A stretch of DNA of 64,000 bases from Adineta vaga (lineage: Eukaryota > Animalia > Rotifera). Positions 39,393 to 52,596 of this stretch are shown in pieces. The notes below the pieces were generated by a model. That model saw nothing but the letters and a program-made list of their open reading frames with translations, was not told the DNA's origin and did not search any database. Positions within the stretch are counted from its first letter, which is position 1; each line of letters begins with the position of its first letter. The stretch lies in the NCBI GenBank assembly GCA_021613535.1, contig CP075495.1, forward strand, positions 6,014,001 through 6,078,000, given 5' to 3'. The position numbers were made by a program, and so were the translations under genes.

Positions 39393-39480
39393 CGAACTTG
39401 AAATATGACTTTTCTTTTCGTCTTGTTCTCAAACCAGAAAAAGAAATATGATAGACATGAAAGTCATAGTTTCGAGTTCG
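39393..39480. repeat. Imperfect inverted repeat (about 22-bp arms)
   Basis: cgaacttgaaatatgacttttc (39393-39414) versus the reverse complement of 39459-39480, cgaactcgaaactatgactttc. Confidence 0.6.
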
Positions 39481-41251
39481 TTTCAGTTCTCATGTGTGAA
39501 AAAGCCTTCAGTAAAAGATAAGAAGAATATTCGAAGAGCAAAGTGCAGCATATTATTCTATACTTATTAAGAAAATTATCAATTATTATGAACTTCAATA
39601 TTATCTTTTCTGTTATCTGCCGGCGCGATATGAGTCAACAATCTTTTGACTAATATAAAGATATTGAAACAGAGCAACACTTCCATGAAAGATTTATTCA
39701 TTTCTTATTTTTAAAATACAGTTGAATAATTTCAATAAAAACACAAATAAGTGAACAAAAATCTAATTGATGTGCATTGTATTAAAACGAAACGAATCTT
39801 TTTCCATAATTGAACACAGATTTTTGCAAATAGATAAAACAATTGCTGGACGAAATATAATTATAATGGACAATGAACTATCATTTCTTCTCATTTTGAT
39901 ATTGAAACTATAGCTAAACAATCAAATGTATTTCGTGGTGGATGTTCTTTTCATGACTATTCAATCTACATCATATTTTAGAAATAACTCTTCGAAAAAA
40001 TAACAACACGCACATCACAACTATAACTATTTATTTATAATTATAAATTTAGACAGGCAATATCTCGTCAATGTCGTTGCTTTTCTTTCAACACAGATCG
40101 CTCTATGGAGAATAGTGCAGATGAGAAGCACATACGGGTTAACGTAGTGCATTTTTTCTTTTCCTCCATGCTTTTTGCCTCTCGTCTATTATCTTCGTCT
40201 AGAATATGGTCGAATGATGTATGACTAAGAAATCCTTCTAGGTTTTTTGTCAGTTATTTCACAATAATAAAATATTGCAGTCCTTGATTATAAATCAATA
40301 GGCGTTTATCAAAATATACAAATTTTGGTACATTAAATCGGTGAGAAAAATTGTAGTCAAATTCTGGATGATGAATGTGAGAATTTTTCCTATATGAATT
40401 ATTTTGATTGTTCTTAGTTGAAATAGTAATATAAAAATGATTGAAACATTTTTACTGTTTAGGATGTTGTGCACTTAATAAGGGCGAAAAAACATCATCG
40501 GACATAGAAACATTTTTTTTCCTGTCATCTATTATTCGTTCTTACGATGTAAAACAGGAAAGAAAGAAAAAGTCAACAACAGACCGTGTAGCATGATTGT
40601 TATTTATACCCTATTTCTTTAATTTATCATATAGATTATATCGCTGAAAACTATTTTTAAACACTTGTTTGACCATTTTCTTTCAATTTGATTTTAGGAT
40701 TACTACTGATCGATTTATTATTGTAGAATAGGTATATCGAATGTAAATAAGAAATCAGTGAAAAATCACTTTGAACAGATGTTTCATTCTATCATCTATC
40801 AATGATATATTAAATCAATTCATTTTTATCCGCTAGCTGGCATTTTCTTTATATTTATATAAATACGATTGTATTCGTATTGTTTAGAGATTAAGACGAT
40901 AGAAAAAAGGCTACATGAAAATATAGCGATCAAGTTCACCCAAACATTTTTTCAGCTGACAGTTTAACTTCTTTTTATCGATGTCAAATGATGAAAATAA
41001 GTATACGACCGATAAAATGGTATCAAAACAAACATAAAAATACGTTCTTCCCTTTTCTATGCTGTGCTGTTCATATTTTAGGTGTATTTAGTTTTACTAT
41101 AGTAACGAGGATTGTGTAGTACAAAAGAAACGACGTGGGTCGCAGATACATTTTTTCGTTCTTTCTCATGTCGTTCTTTCTCATGTCGTTATCGATTAAC
41201 CTTGACTATAAAAGCATTTTCTCTTCTATCAGATATAAGACGTCCATAGAA

Positions 41252-43058
41252 ATGCCGAAAAAACCTATGAACTCCGTGCACAATGATTTTGAAATTACAA
41301 CTAATGATCGAAGTGAATTGAAACGTGTGTCATCAACAACGAAAAGAAACAAACAGTCCGGATCAACTGCAAAACGTTATAAATCGCTACTAATATGTGG
41401 TGTTTGTGAAGGTGATGCTCATGGTAAGTGAACAAATGAGATGAATTTGTACAAGAATATATCTTGATGTTTATTTCTAGGTTATAACTTTGATGCAATT
41501 ACCTGTGAATCATGTAAAGCATTCTTTCGTCGAAATGCATTGAGACCAATAGTAAACATTGAATGAAAGCTTATTTCTTTTTTATTTAATATTTATTTAG
41601 GAAAAATTGAAATGTCACGGAAATGGTCAGTGTAGTGTCAAACATAATATAAGAAAACGATGTAAAAAATGCCGTATGATGAAATGTATAGATATTGGTA
41701 AGAGAACAATGAAATTCATTTGTTAAATTATGCATAGAATATCATTATATTATACTAGGTATGCGAAAAGAATGGATTTTAACCGATAAAGAGTAAGTAT
41801 TGAAACAGTAAAGATGATTGAAATAGTATAATTAGTTAGGACTTATCTGTATTTCGAGTGCAGAATGCTGATTTGTTATCATCAATATTATCTTTATGTG
41901 AAGGAAAATATTTTCATGAAATTATGCAATTTTTCTAATTTTAAAAATGAAGAATCGATATGATGTTTATTCACTTCAGAAATATATAATAAATCGTGAT
42001 GCTCGGCTCACATCTTAATGAAAAAATAGTCTTCGAGAATGTTCTTATCAGTTTTCCTGCTCATGGTAATAAATATTCTATTTTTATTTATTTGACTTAC
42101 TTTCAGACGAGAAGAAAAACGCGCTAAAATAGAAGAAAACCGTCAACTCCGAGAAACTCAAGATAATCATCTAGAGCGATTTCCATCAATAAGGGTTAGT
42201 TTGTTTATCCAAAAGAAAAAATACATTTCAACTTAACCCATCATTCTATTACATTTCTAGTCAAACACTAGTGACAGTGATCTCTCATTAGATTTATCAC
42301 TCTCATTTGAACCAGAACTTTTAAATGAAATCGATTGGCTTATGATTCGATTCATTCAAGATTATTATGTTCAAGCTGTGAAACTCAATGAAATATCAGG
42401 TATTGCATTTTATCCTTTAACTCAACCGATTGAATCAACTGAAGAATTACTTCGTATTCCACTCTACATCTCTGCAATGCGACTCATTAATTATATCAAA
42501 CAGACAAATGAATTTCAACAATTAACAAGCAATGATCAACTTTATCTTATCAAATCAAATCTATTAACAACTTGTTTCTTCCATTCAATATTTATTTATG
42601 ATCCAAGAACTGATTGTTATCATGAAGAAAATACAACTGATCCATTATTTTCAGGAAAAGATTGGGTGAAAACATTCAATAAACATTTCCATATAGAAAT
42701 GAAACAATTAAGAAAGGATTTCATTGATATATTTCAATTAGATGATATTGTAATCAAATTATTTCTTTTAATTATCATATTTTCAACTCGAATACCATTG
42801 AATGAATGTCGAGAATACTCATCGGCATCTGTAATCAATAATTCATTAGATATATTCAAAGCACAAAGTATATTTGTAGATTTAGTTTATCGATATTGTA
42901 TAAATCAATATGGAACATCAAAAGGATGTACGATGTTTTCACGATACATACTCAAGTTAATGAAATTACAAGATTTAGTTGATGCTATTAAACATGGAAT
43001 CGATAATTATGTGAATATTGAACAAGTTTCGCCATTGATGAGAAGTCTTCTGGTATGA
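41252..43058 (+). CDS. Nuclear receptor, NR1J/HR96-DAF-12-like, copy 1
   Basis: C4 zinc fingers CGVCEGDAHG|YNFDAITCESCKAFFRRNAL...RKRCKKCRMMKC..IG|MRKEWIL. The LBD exon ends QVSPLMRSLLV*. The start codon is somewhat uncertain because a splice acceptor lies just upstream. Confidence 0.9.
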
Positions 43059-45611
43059 TTGTTATGGCATATAGTTAATGTTTCCACAGTCGTCGATTCA
43101 AGACAAATTCATATCAGATATGAATTTACTGAACGAACTTTTAGTCGAACGTTATTTATTGTTGTTGTTTTTTTCATAGATAAAACTGAAATAGAAACTT
43201 CGTGTTTTATTCGTTACATTTATTATATTTTATTGTAGAGCGTAGACGAACAGATTTATTGAAAGTAAAAAATAAAGATGTACATTTCCAAATAATCTTC
43301 TATCTAACTAATACTAAAAACTTAGTAAAGACTTTTTATAAATACTATCTGGCAATTCAATAAAGTACTACACAATGATGTTTTAATAACAACTAATCAA
43401 CATAGGAATTTCATTATCGTTCTTAGCATTGATAGAATCAACACGACAGAACTTTTGTTCTCCATCAATCAAGTCTTGTTCCATCAAATTTGATAACAGT
43501 CTATATTTATTATGTACGAGTTGTGAAAGAGTTTTGAAGAATTTTATTATTAAAATTACTATCTAAGTGAACAGAATCATTGGCACAAAAAACGGTATAA
43601 ATCTCTATGCGATGTTAATTGTTGAGAAATTGTAATATATGTGTATATAATTCAGAAAGAAGAACTCATTTAATTCGTTCTTACGTTTGAATTGTTGTAT
43701 TTTGTCGTAGGTATTATCTTCAAATGTACATCTACCCCTATCGACATGGTTAAGGATTACGGAATATCCTTTTCTCACAGTGTCATATCCTTATTCCTTG
43801 AAAAAAGAGGGCAAAAGTAATTAAATTTTCGTCCGAAGTATAGATTACTATACTCTATGAACGATAAATATTTTATAAAATCTCCTGCTGGAGAGTTCGA
43901 GAAATGAACATGTTCTTTTTTTCAGGAAGGCCTCAGAATTTAGAATTCTACAGTTGAACAAAACAAACCTCAGAAAAGTTTTAATATAAATTTGTTCAGG
44001 CTTTAATAAACTTTCATAATATCCTATATTTTCTTCATGAATATGAATGCACAGGTATTTCATTGCAACTATTATTGATGAATAGATGAAAACCTAGAGA
44101 AATTTATGGAGGTATTGCGTGTTAGAATACGTTTTGAAGAGAAATAATACTAATATAAGAATTGAACACTGAAATTTAGAGCGTGAAACGTATTCAATCA
44201 TTTTTCAATGATATAATCTCGGCTGTTAAAATATTTTTCTTGAATTTTGTTATTTGAGATTCTTTTCGTGTAAGCGTGATCGATGCCGATATATACGTGA
44301 AAATGTTCTATATTCTGGGAACAATTCATCAAACATTCTTAGTTTTGCATGTTGAAAGAAAAACCACTTCAAAATAATCTTTAAAAACAACGTCTCCAAG
44401 GATCAATAATATCACAGTCGATAGCTGTAGGTAGGTAAAAGCAGAAGATCTCTTCACGTGCATTTCGCTTTTAGAAAGTAGGCCGTAGATATACAGGTAA
44501 AAAATAAAAGCATAGTCAAGAAACATGTTTATCAATCGGAAATAAATTCTATTCTAACTTACAGACAGACAAACAGTTAACTTAGATTAAAAGAGAACGA
44601 GTTTTATCTTTTAAGACTTATCTATTTTGTCTTATATGACATTTTTAATATAAATGTCCTTTTCAGTTTCTCATAAACGTGTATCTGGAAAATTTTATAG
44701 TTTCATTGTAATTTATAAAAGGAATATATCTTGGCGACTTGCTTTATTATTCATTAATTCAATTTTTCAGTAATTCTCTTTGCTAATGTCGAAGAAATGG
44801 AAACAGGATATTTTTCTTGGAACTTCAGTTAACTGAGTCGTTTCTTCTCGGAAGTTCTATAATAGAATGTATCTCTGATGGTGAGGATAGTTCTCAAGTA
44901 CATCGAGAAATCACATCAAACATATCAATTTCGAAGCTATTCATCGAGTATTTATAATAAAGAAATTACATTATTGATGTGTTTGGTTATTTGAGAATTA
45001 GTCAGGTTTAGATATATATATTTTTACAAAACTATATTTATATCAACATATCAACATCACTATTTCTGTTTTCATTTAACTTATTTATATATCATAGATT
45101 ATGTTTCAATTATGCATGGAAATCTAATAGATTACACATAAGAAAATGGAAGTTTTCTTTTAATTAAAGATCTAAAACTAAGTTGTGACATGCCATAGGA
45201 GATGGACGGAACGATCTGCTCTACATCAAGAAGAATAGAACGTAGTCATGTCAATGTCGAAGATTGTATTAGTCATACGTTGTAGGAAAGGAAGAGAAAA
45301 AACATTCTTACTGGATGCCCTGTTCTCGAAATGCAGTGTTAGTTATCGAGACACCATTGAAGACTACTGCATTCTTTTCCTCCATCTGACGTGTCTTTTT
45401 TCTCTTTCTACTCAGATGTGTCATTATTGTGTATGCGTATGCATGTTTTTTTTAAATGTATATTCGACCTCTTTCGATAAGGTTCGAGAATAAATTTTAG
45501 TATAATTTCGACGAACTTTTTTATTATTGAGTATTCATTTTAGATCTGATGAATATCATCGTGCCTATTCAGAATTACTTCTGCTGAAAAGACAAGTAAA
45601 ACTGGAATAAA

Positions 45612-48109
45612 ATGCGTACAGATACGGACAATCATCTATTAAATATTGGTTTTGATGATAATGATTACTCAAAGAATTCATCATATGATGCACCGAAAAA
45701 TGAAGATAAATCATTAATCAAACGTTCAAAACCAACATTAACCTGTATCGTTTGTGGAGATCATGCTTTTGGTAACAATGAAGATTTATTGTTTTCTAAT
45801 ATAATTTATTTTATCTTTTTATTAGGATACAATTTTGATGCTATATCATGTGAATCCTGTAAAGCATTTTTTCGTCGTAATGCATTACGTCCACCGGTAA
45901 TATTCATTTACTGATGTTCTTTTTCTAAAAGAAATATTTTAGTTATATCGATCAACACGAAAATTAAGTTCTTATCATCAAATGAAGGAACAGAAATAAA
46001 TGAGCTAGTATTTTCAAAAAGTTTCTTCCGCTATCGTCACACATATCTATGAATTGTAATTATGTTTATTTTGAAAAGATTATATATATATATATATATA
46101 TAATGATCTTTAGTCTAATTTCATATGCAACATTTATATCTACAAACGACTTCACCATTATAAACTTTGTTTTTTCCTCTATTTTCAATTGAATCTATCA
46201 AAGAAAATAGCGAAGATGCATTGAGCTAGGATATTTTCTTTACTGATTTCTAATGACATAATGTGAAGTGAAGAGAAAGATTGACATAAAAGTAACAGTT
46301 GTTCTGTTTACATCAGTTATGTAATGCATAGTTCTATGTCAAAATATCCATACTTAATCATAATTTGAAATCTTTTGAACATAATATTTCAGAATAACTA
46401 TTAATTCTTACAAAAGCGTGCTTAAGATCTTTACAACTATTTATAGTTACTCTCGCACATTGAATGTACTACCTTCTAATTTAATCTCTTCTTAATTGAT
46501 AGAAAATCTGTGAAAATGCATGACAATACAAAACATTCTTCGATCATAATTAAGTTTTTGATATAGAAATAGTGTTTTTTAGATCTTAGCTACTCGACTA
46601 ATTTCTAACTGTCTGTTATTGAAGCGACTTGCGCGTTACACATTAGCAAAATAAATACAGATTATTAATATATTGATAAGATCGTTGTTACTTTCATTTC
46701 GAAATTGAAAATAAAATTAATGCTTTGATTTTCATGCATAGAAACTTTCCGTTCACCAACAACATCGATTCAAATCAGTAATAAAATTTCTAACATATTT
46801 TTCTAATTGTAGTTTAGGAAATCAGATGAATTAACACTCAATGAACATTTGATTAGGTAGAAAAAGTTTTTATATTTCTCTATTTTAGGGTAAGCTTAAA
46901 TGCCGTGGTAATGGTCATTGTGAAGTAACCGTTGAAAAAAGAAAACGATGTAAAAAATGTCGATTAGACAAATGTTTTCAAAAGGGTAAATAGATAATTT
47001 GATTTTGACTGGTTTGTTTTTCAAAAACATTGGAATTTGTTTTTGATAGGTATGCGTAAAGAATGGATACTTTCTGAAGAAGAGTAAGTTTTATGGACGA
47101 GTATTAGATTGTATTTATTGACAGAATTTTCTCTAGAAAACATCATAAACGAAGTAAAATTGAAGAAAATCGTCGTCAAAAGGAGACAAATGAGAATGGT
47201 GTAGTTCGCCATCGACGAAATCTGAAATTAGTATGTTTTCTTTAACGAGAATAAGAATATTCTTTTGAAATAATCATTTCAATCATTTAGATTAAAGTTC
47301 AAAATACTTCACCTAAAGATGAATCTTCTAATCAAATACATGATGATGTTCCACCAATGACAGATATGGATTGGATCAAAATCGAACAAGTTCAAAATGC
47401 ATACAGTCAAGCTATTACATTGAATAAAGTCATCGGTGTTCCTCTATATCCCGCAATACAACCAATACGATCAACACTTGAACTTATTCGTATTCCAACT
47501 TATTTAGCATCGATTCGTCTTATCACATTTATCAAACATATACCTGAATGTGGTCTATTTCATCCTGATGATCGTGTCGTTCTTGTTAAATATAATTTAT
47601 TAGCAGTAGTTTTTATGCATTCTGTCCTATTGTATAATCCAATAGCCGACACATATCATGAACACAATACCGAAGATCCGATATTTCAAGGAACAGATTG
47701 GATCAAAATATTGGGCAAAGAATTTTATCATGAGTTAACAGACCTAGCAACAAAATTAATCGAAATAGTTGAATATGATCGTGTAATTATTAAAATATTT
47801 TTATTACTTATTCTTACAACAAAGGGATTTTGTGGCTATGATATTGTTCATGAACCATCGTTGAAAAACTTTTCCAGTGTCTTTAGTACTCAAAATGTTT
47901 ATCTAGATACACTATATCGATATTGTTTACATCACTATGGTGAAAAAACAACAGTTAATATATTTTCGCGTACAATTGGTCCATTAATGTCTATTCAACG
48001 ATTAGCTGTACATTTGAAAGACTTTGTACATGATCATGTTGATCCATCACAATTATCACCATTAATGCAAAGTGTTTTACAATTGACTGATTCCGATTCT
48101 CAAGATTAA
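45612..48109 (+). CDS. Nuclear receptor, NR1J/HR96-DAF-12-like, copy 2
   Basis: CIVCGDHAFG|YNFDAISCESCKAFFRRNAL, an intron of about 1 kb, then RKRCKKCRLDKCF.KG|MRKEWIL. LBD at 47357-48109 ends QLSPLMQSVLQL. Confidence 0.92.
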
Positions 48110-50132
48110 ATTTATTTCTATACATTGAAAGTTGCTTAGAAATACGCGAGTGTACATAAATATATACATATATATTTAATAAAAGAACCGTTACTTTAAT
48201 TATATAAAGACTATTTGTGATTATTTTATGATTATATATGTGAACATTTTCTAGAATAAATTATTGCTTTACGAGTTTAGTTTCTGTTTTAAGTCTTTCT
48301 GCTGCATACTGAAAGACGTTATTACTCATCTGAATAATCTGACAATAAAACAAATAATGTTGCTTACGAGCAAATTAATAAATGTTAAACTTTAGGAAGG
48401 TTAATTCTGTTTTTAGATATATGAATTTCTTACAGATATATTTCTTTGAATATTCAGGGAATGAAGGTAATAGTAAAGAGTTTTGACTAATTAATAATTA
48501 ACCATTTTTCGTGATAGAGTGTAAGAAAAAAAGCGCATATAAAAAGAATATCGTGTTTTTTCGCCGACTTGCATCAAATAATAGACGACATTTTTTTTGT
48601 CCTACATTTTGCCATCGTTCTCTTTCTTATTTACTTACTCGATGACATCAAAATTCTTTATATAGACATAAGTATAAATTGTGACTGAAAAAAAAGCAAA
48701 ATTTCTGCACATAATTAAGCACAAAACATGTATAGTTTCAATGATCTATCTAAATATTTTTCATGTCAAAAGAATTGACTTAAATCTGCTTGAAATTTTA
48801 TTATTTACTTAGGATATTTTCTATATCAAACATTGACTAGGTTATATTCTGTTTTTATTATACGATCTAGTTAAAAATAGACGTACTGTGATTGTAACAA
48901 CACAAAATAACAATATGAATGGCGCATATTTCGTATAACCTTGAATCTGAAACAAAACATATTCAGTTAGAACACTTGTATTACAATATAGGATATTCTA
49001 TTAATAGAAAAACCCGAATTGATCATGTTTCTATCGTATGATTATCGAAACATCATATTTATGTAAAGATAAGATTCTCAGCGACATTTGCAGAACGAAT
49101 GCAAACTGTTTTGTCAATATTATTCATGTTATTTACTGCGGTACTTTGAACTTGACAGAAAAAAATATAAATGACAAGAACAATGAGATATATAGAGCAT
49201 TATTTAAACTTGAATAGACTACATAATTTGAAAACAGAATAAAACAATTATTTGAATTTATTTTTAATATAAAAAAAATACTTGACTTATTTTGATATTA
49301 GTATAGCATGAATCAGATGTATGTTTTTCAATGCAAAACGATATGATTGGTTATTTATCTTGTCGTTTTTTTTTCTTCATGATTTGCTTTGTAATATATT
49401 TTTCTTTCTAAGATAGTTGTAACGAGAAGCTTGATGTTTTTTTTCACATTTATTCTCGTTTTTTTTCTTTTTTTCTTAACCATTCGTTGACAATATACAT
49501 CGAACCTTGGACATGACGTAGACGAGTGCGATAGTTTAATAAGAACATTTTGATCGTTCTGTCCTATATTCTTGTTTCCCTTTTTTATTCCTTTTTCTGT
49601 GTCGATTCAAAGCCCCTTTATAAAAAGAACAAAAAAAAGAGAGTGAGAGTGAAAGAAAATATTGCTTTTTTTGTCCTATATTGATTTTGCTCAGCTATAA
49701 ATATGAGCAATGAAATTAATGGAGAAGAATATCTGATACGACTTTTGATAATGTACGTTTTACATAATTCAGAAAAAAAATGAAAGTAATGAGTGAATCT
49801 AAAAACTAATTAACTGTTGTTCCTTTAAATTTTAAAGAAAAACTATTTTTGCATCATCACATGCAGGTTAACCTTGCAAAAGTACCAAAGATTCTAAATA
49901 TATAAACATCATGATCGATGCTTTTTCTTTCTCTCATTCTCTTTTTTCTCTTTCTTACATCTAGTCTTTCACTGTCATACTAACGAAGACGTTTGAGTGT
50001 ATTTGCTTTCTACTTTCTCTGACTGTTTCTTTTCTATTCTTTTCTCCTCTAATTTTTCGTTCCTTACCTATCTTGACGGATTCAGAAACAGAAGAGTAAT
50101 CATTACAGATATTAGTTTCTAGCCAAACGATT

Positions 50133-51653
50133 ATGACTGATAGTTCTCTCCGACAACGAAAACGAGTTTTACGTCGTGCAAATAATCTCAATGAAAGTAA
50201 AAAGCTAGATATGGATCATGATTCATATGATAGTGTCAAAGATACACGACAACAACGCGGTTTAAATCATGTACGAAAGAAAATCGAAGCATTAACTTGT
50301 AGTGTCTGTGAAAGTCTTGCACATGGTTATAATTTCGATGCAATCACATGTGAATCATGTAAAGCGTTCTTTCGACGTAATGCATTAAAAGCTGATGTAT
50401 GGAACAAAGATTTTCCATTGTTTTTTTTTAATAGTTATGGTTTTTATCTTACAGGTCATATCAAAATGTCGAATTAATAATGGTAAATGTGTAATTACAA
50501 TTTCAACAAGAAAACGTTGTAAAGCTTGTCGATTAGCAAAATGTTTCGAAAAAGGTTTGATTTCAATCTGAAAATATTTATTCAAATCTGAATGTACTTA
50601 ATTATTTAGGTATGAGAGCAGATTGGATATTAACTGATGAAGAACGTTTGAATAAACAGCAAAAAATTGAAGAAAATCGTCGACTTCGAAGAATTCTTTA
50701 TCCGGATTCATCAGAAGCAGATGAGGTTTGTTCTTCAATAAAAGTCAACCATATTCAAGTGACACATTTGTTTTGTTTAGAAACAGATTTGTCAAACAAG
50801 CACGGAACCATTTGATTATGACAACACAATGACAAGTAACAATGGTAATAATGAAGATAGTCATGCGAAAAATTCTTTACATGAATCATCATCTTCAATA
50901 TTATCATCGAACGATTTAATTCAAATTCAACAAATTCAACAAGCTTACAATGATTCGATACGTTTGACGTCATTATCATCTGAATTCCCGTCATATCCTC
51001 AAGCATTAAGAATAACAGATGCGTGTGATTTATTTAATTTTCTCACCAATGTACTTTCAACGCGTCTTATAACCTTCTTAAAACTTCTCCCTGAATTTTC
51101 TTCATTAAATTCAAATGATAAATTTATTTTAATTAAATACAATACATTAACATTAACATTCATCCGTGCAGCATTGAATTATAATCCAAATACAGATGTT
51201 TATCATGAACCTCAAACTGATGAATGTATACTGACTGGTTATGATATAGCGAAATCTTTCAGTATTCAACAATATAATTTATCGAGTAATTGTCTGAAAA
51301 ATCTATTAAAAAGTTCATTTAACGATCGATTGATATTACAATTATTATTAATAGTGGTCGCATTTTCCAAAGGTTCATCTATATGTGCAACAGTTGATGA
51401 AATGGAACCGCTTGTCGAAGATATTCTAACAATATATCAAATACAAAATATTTTTGTTGATCTTCTCTGGAAATATTGTGAACAAAAATTCGGTCGAGAA
51501 ATGACCGTACAAATTTGGTTAAATTTAACAGTGTATACAATGGATGCTCATTTACAAGCTTATAATTCTCGACATGGTGATGTGAAAGTAAATTCAATTG
51601 CTGATCAATTATCACCATTAGTTAGATCTGTTTTAATACTCGGTGAAATATAG
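50133..51653 (+). CDS. Nuclear receptor, NR1J/HR96-DAF-12-like, copy 3
   Basis: CSVCESLAHGYNFDAITCESCKAFFRRNAL, then RKRCKACRLAKCFEKG|MRADWIL. LBD ends QLSPLVRSVLILGEI*. Confidence 0.92.
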
Positions 51654-52596
51654 AAACTGTCTATAGAGTTGTTGTTGTTGTTTTTTCTTTTTCGTTTGGT
51701 GTTATTTATGTTTTTTTATTCTACTTTTCTTCTTAGTGAAGAGATATTTAATGAGTCTCATTATATGTTTATATTAAGTGGAAAGCTATTTATTAATTTA
51801 ATTTGTATGCATACTAAACAGGATAAATGGATAGAACACCAAGTATTTCTTTTTAAAGCAAATATGTACTTTTTTCGATGACAAATGATTCATATACCAT
51901 AATTGAAATATCTGACACGATTACGTCACTAATATTAGAAGAGTCTCTTTTTTATTAAGTGCTCAAATGCTACATTTAATTGATGTTATTTTCATTAATG
52001 AACGGACATATTGACTGTCTTCTTTCGCTTGAATACATGTTTTCCACCTCTAAACATAGAAAGAAGAAAAGCATACTATTTATCTTGTTTACTTCTTTAG
52101 CCTATTACATATGTATGATAGTATCTTTCTGATCGATTTATAAAGTAAGAATTGTTATTTATTAGAAAGAAAAAAAGTTATTTTGCGTACTAATTGTCAT
52201 TCATTATTAAATATTCAATGATTTAAAGTACTATGTTTCTATTTGCTCCAATTCTCTCTGGTAGAAAGATTAGTCCGTGTTAAACACACGTGCACATAGT
52301 TTGCTTTCAATGCATCTATATTTTCTCTCATTTTCTCTTTTCTAGACTTTTTCTTTCCTCTCTTTCTATTACCCCATATAACCCCTTCATACGTTACTAC
52401 GTTTTCTTCTTTCCTCTCGCCATACTTTCGTGATAAACTCAGTTAGTGTCTTGTTGAGTTGATGTGAGTATGCGTACATATGTAAGCAATGGATGTTCTA
52501 ATTATTTTGTTGAAATTAGGTTTTTTTTTGAATTTTTTCAGTTAACTGTTAAAAGCAAACGTATCTTTTTCAAATTAAAATATTTTCTTATCTACG

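Noticed and set aside
43700-44600. ORFs 43848-44063 and 44329-44535 as a possible transposon between receptor copies 1 and 2
   Set aside because: No transposase or RT motifs, terminal repeats or target-site duplication could be identified.
49862-49878. Near-palindrome tgcaggttaaccttgca upstream of receptor copy 3 as an autoregulatory element
   Set aside because: Single short occurrence not repeated upstream of the other copies; cannot be distinguished from chance.
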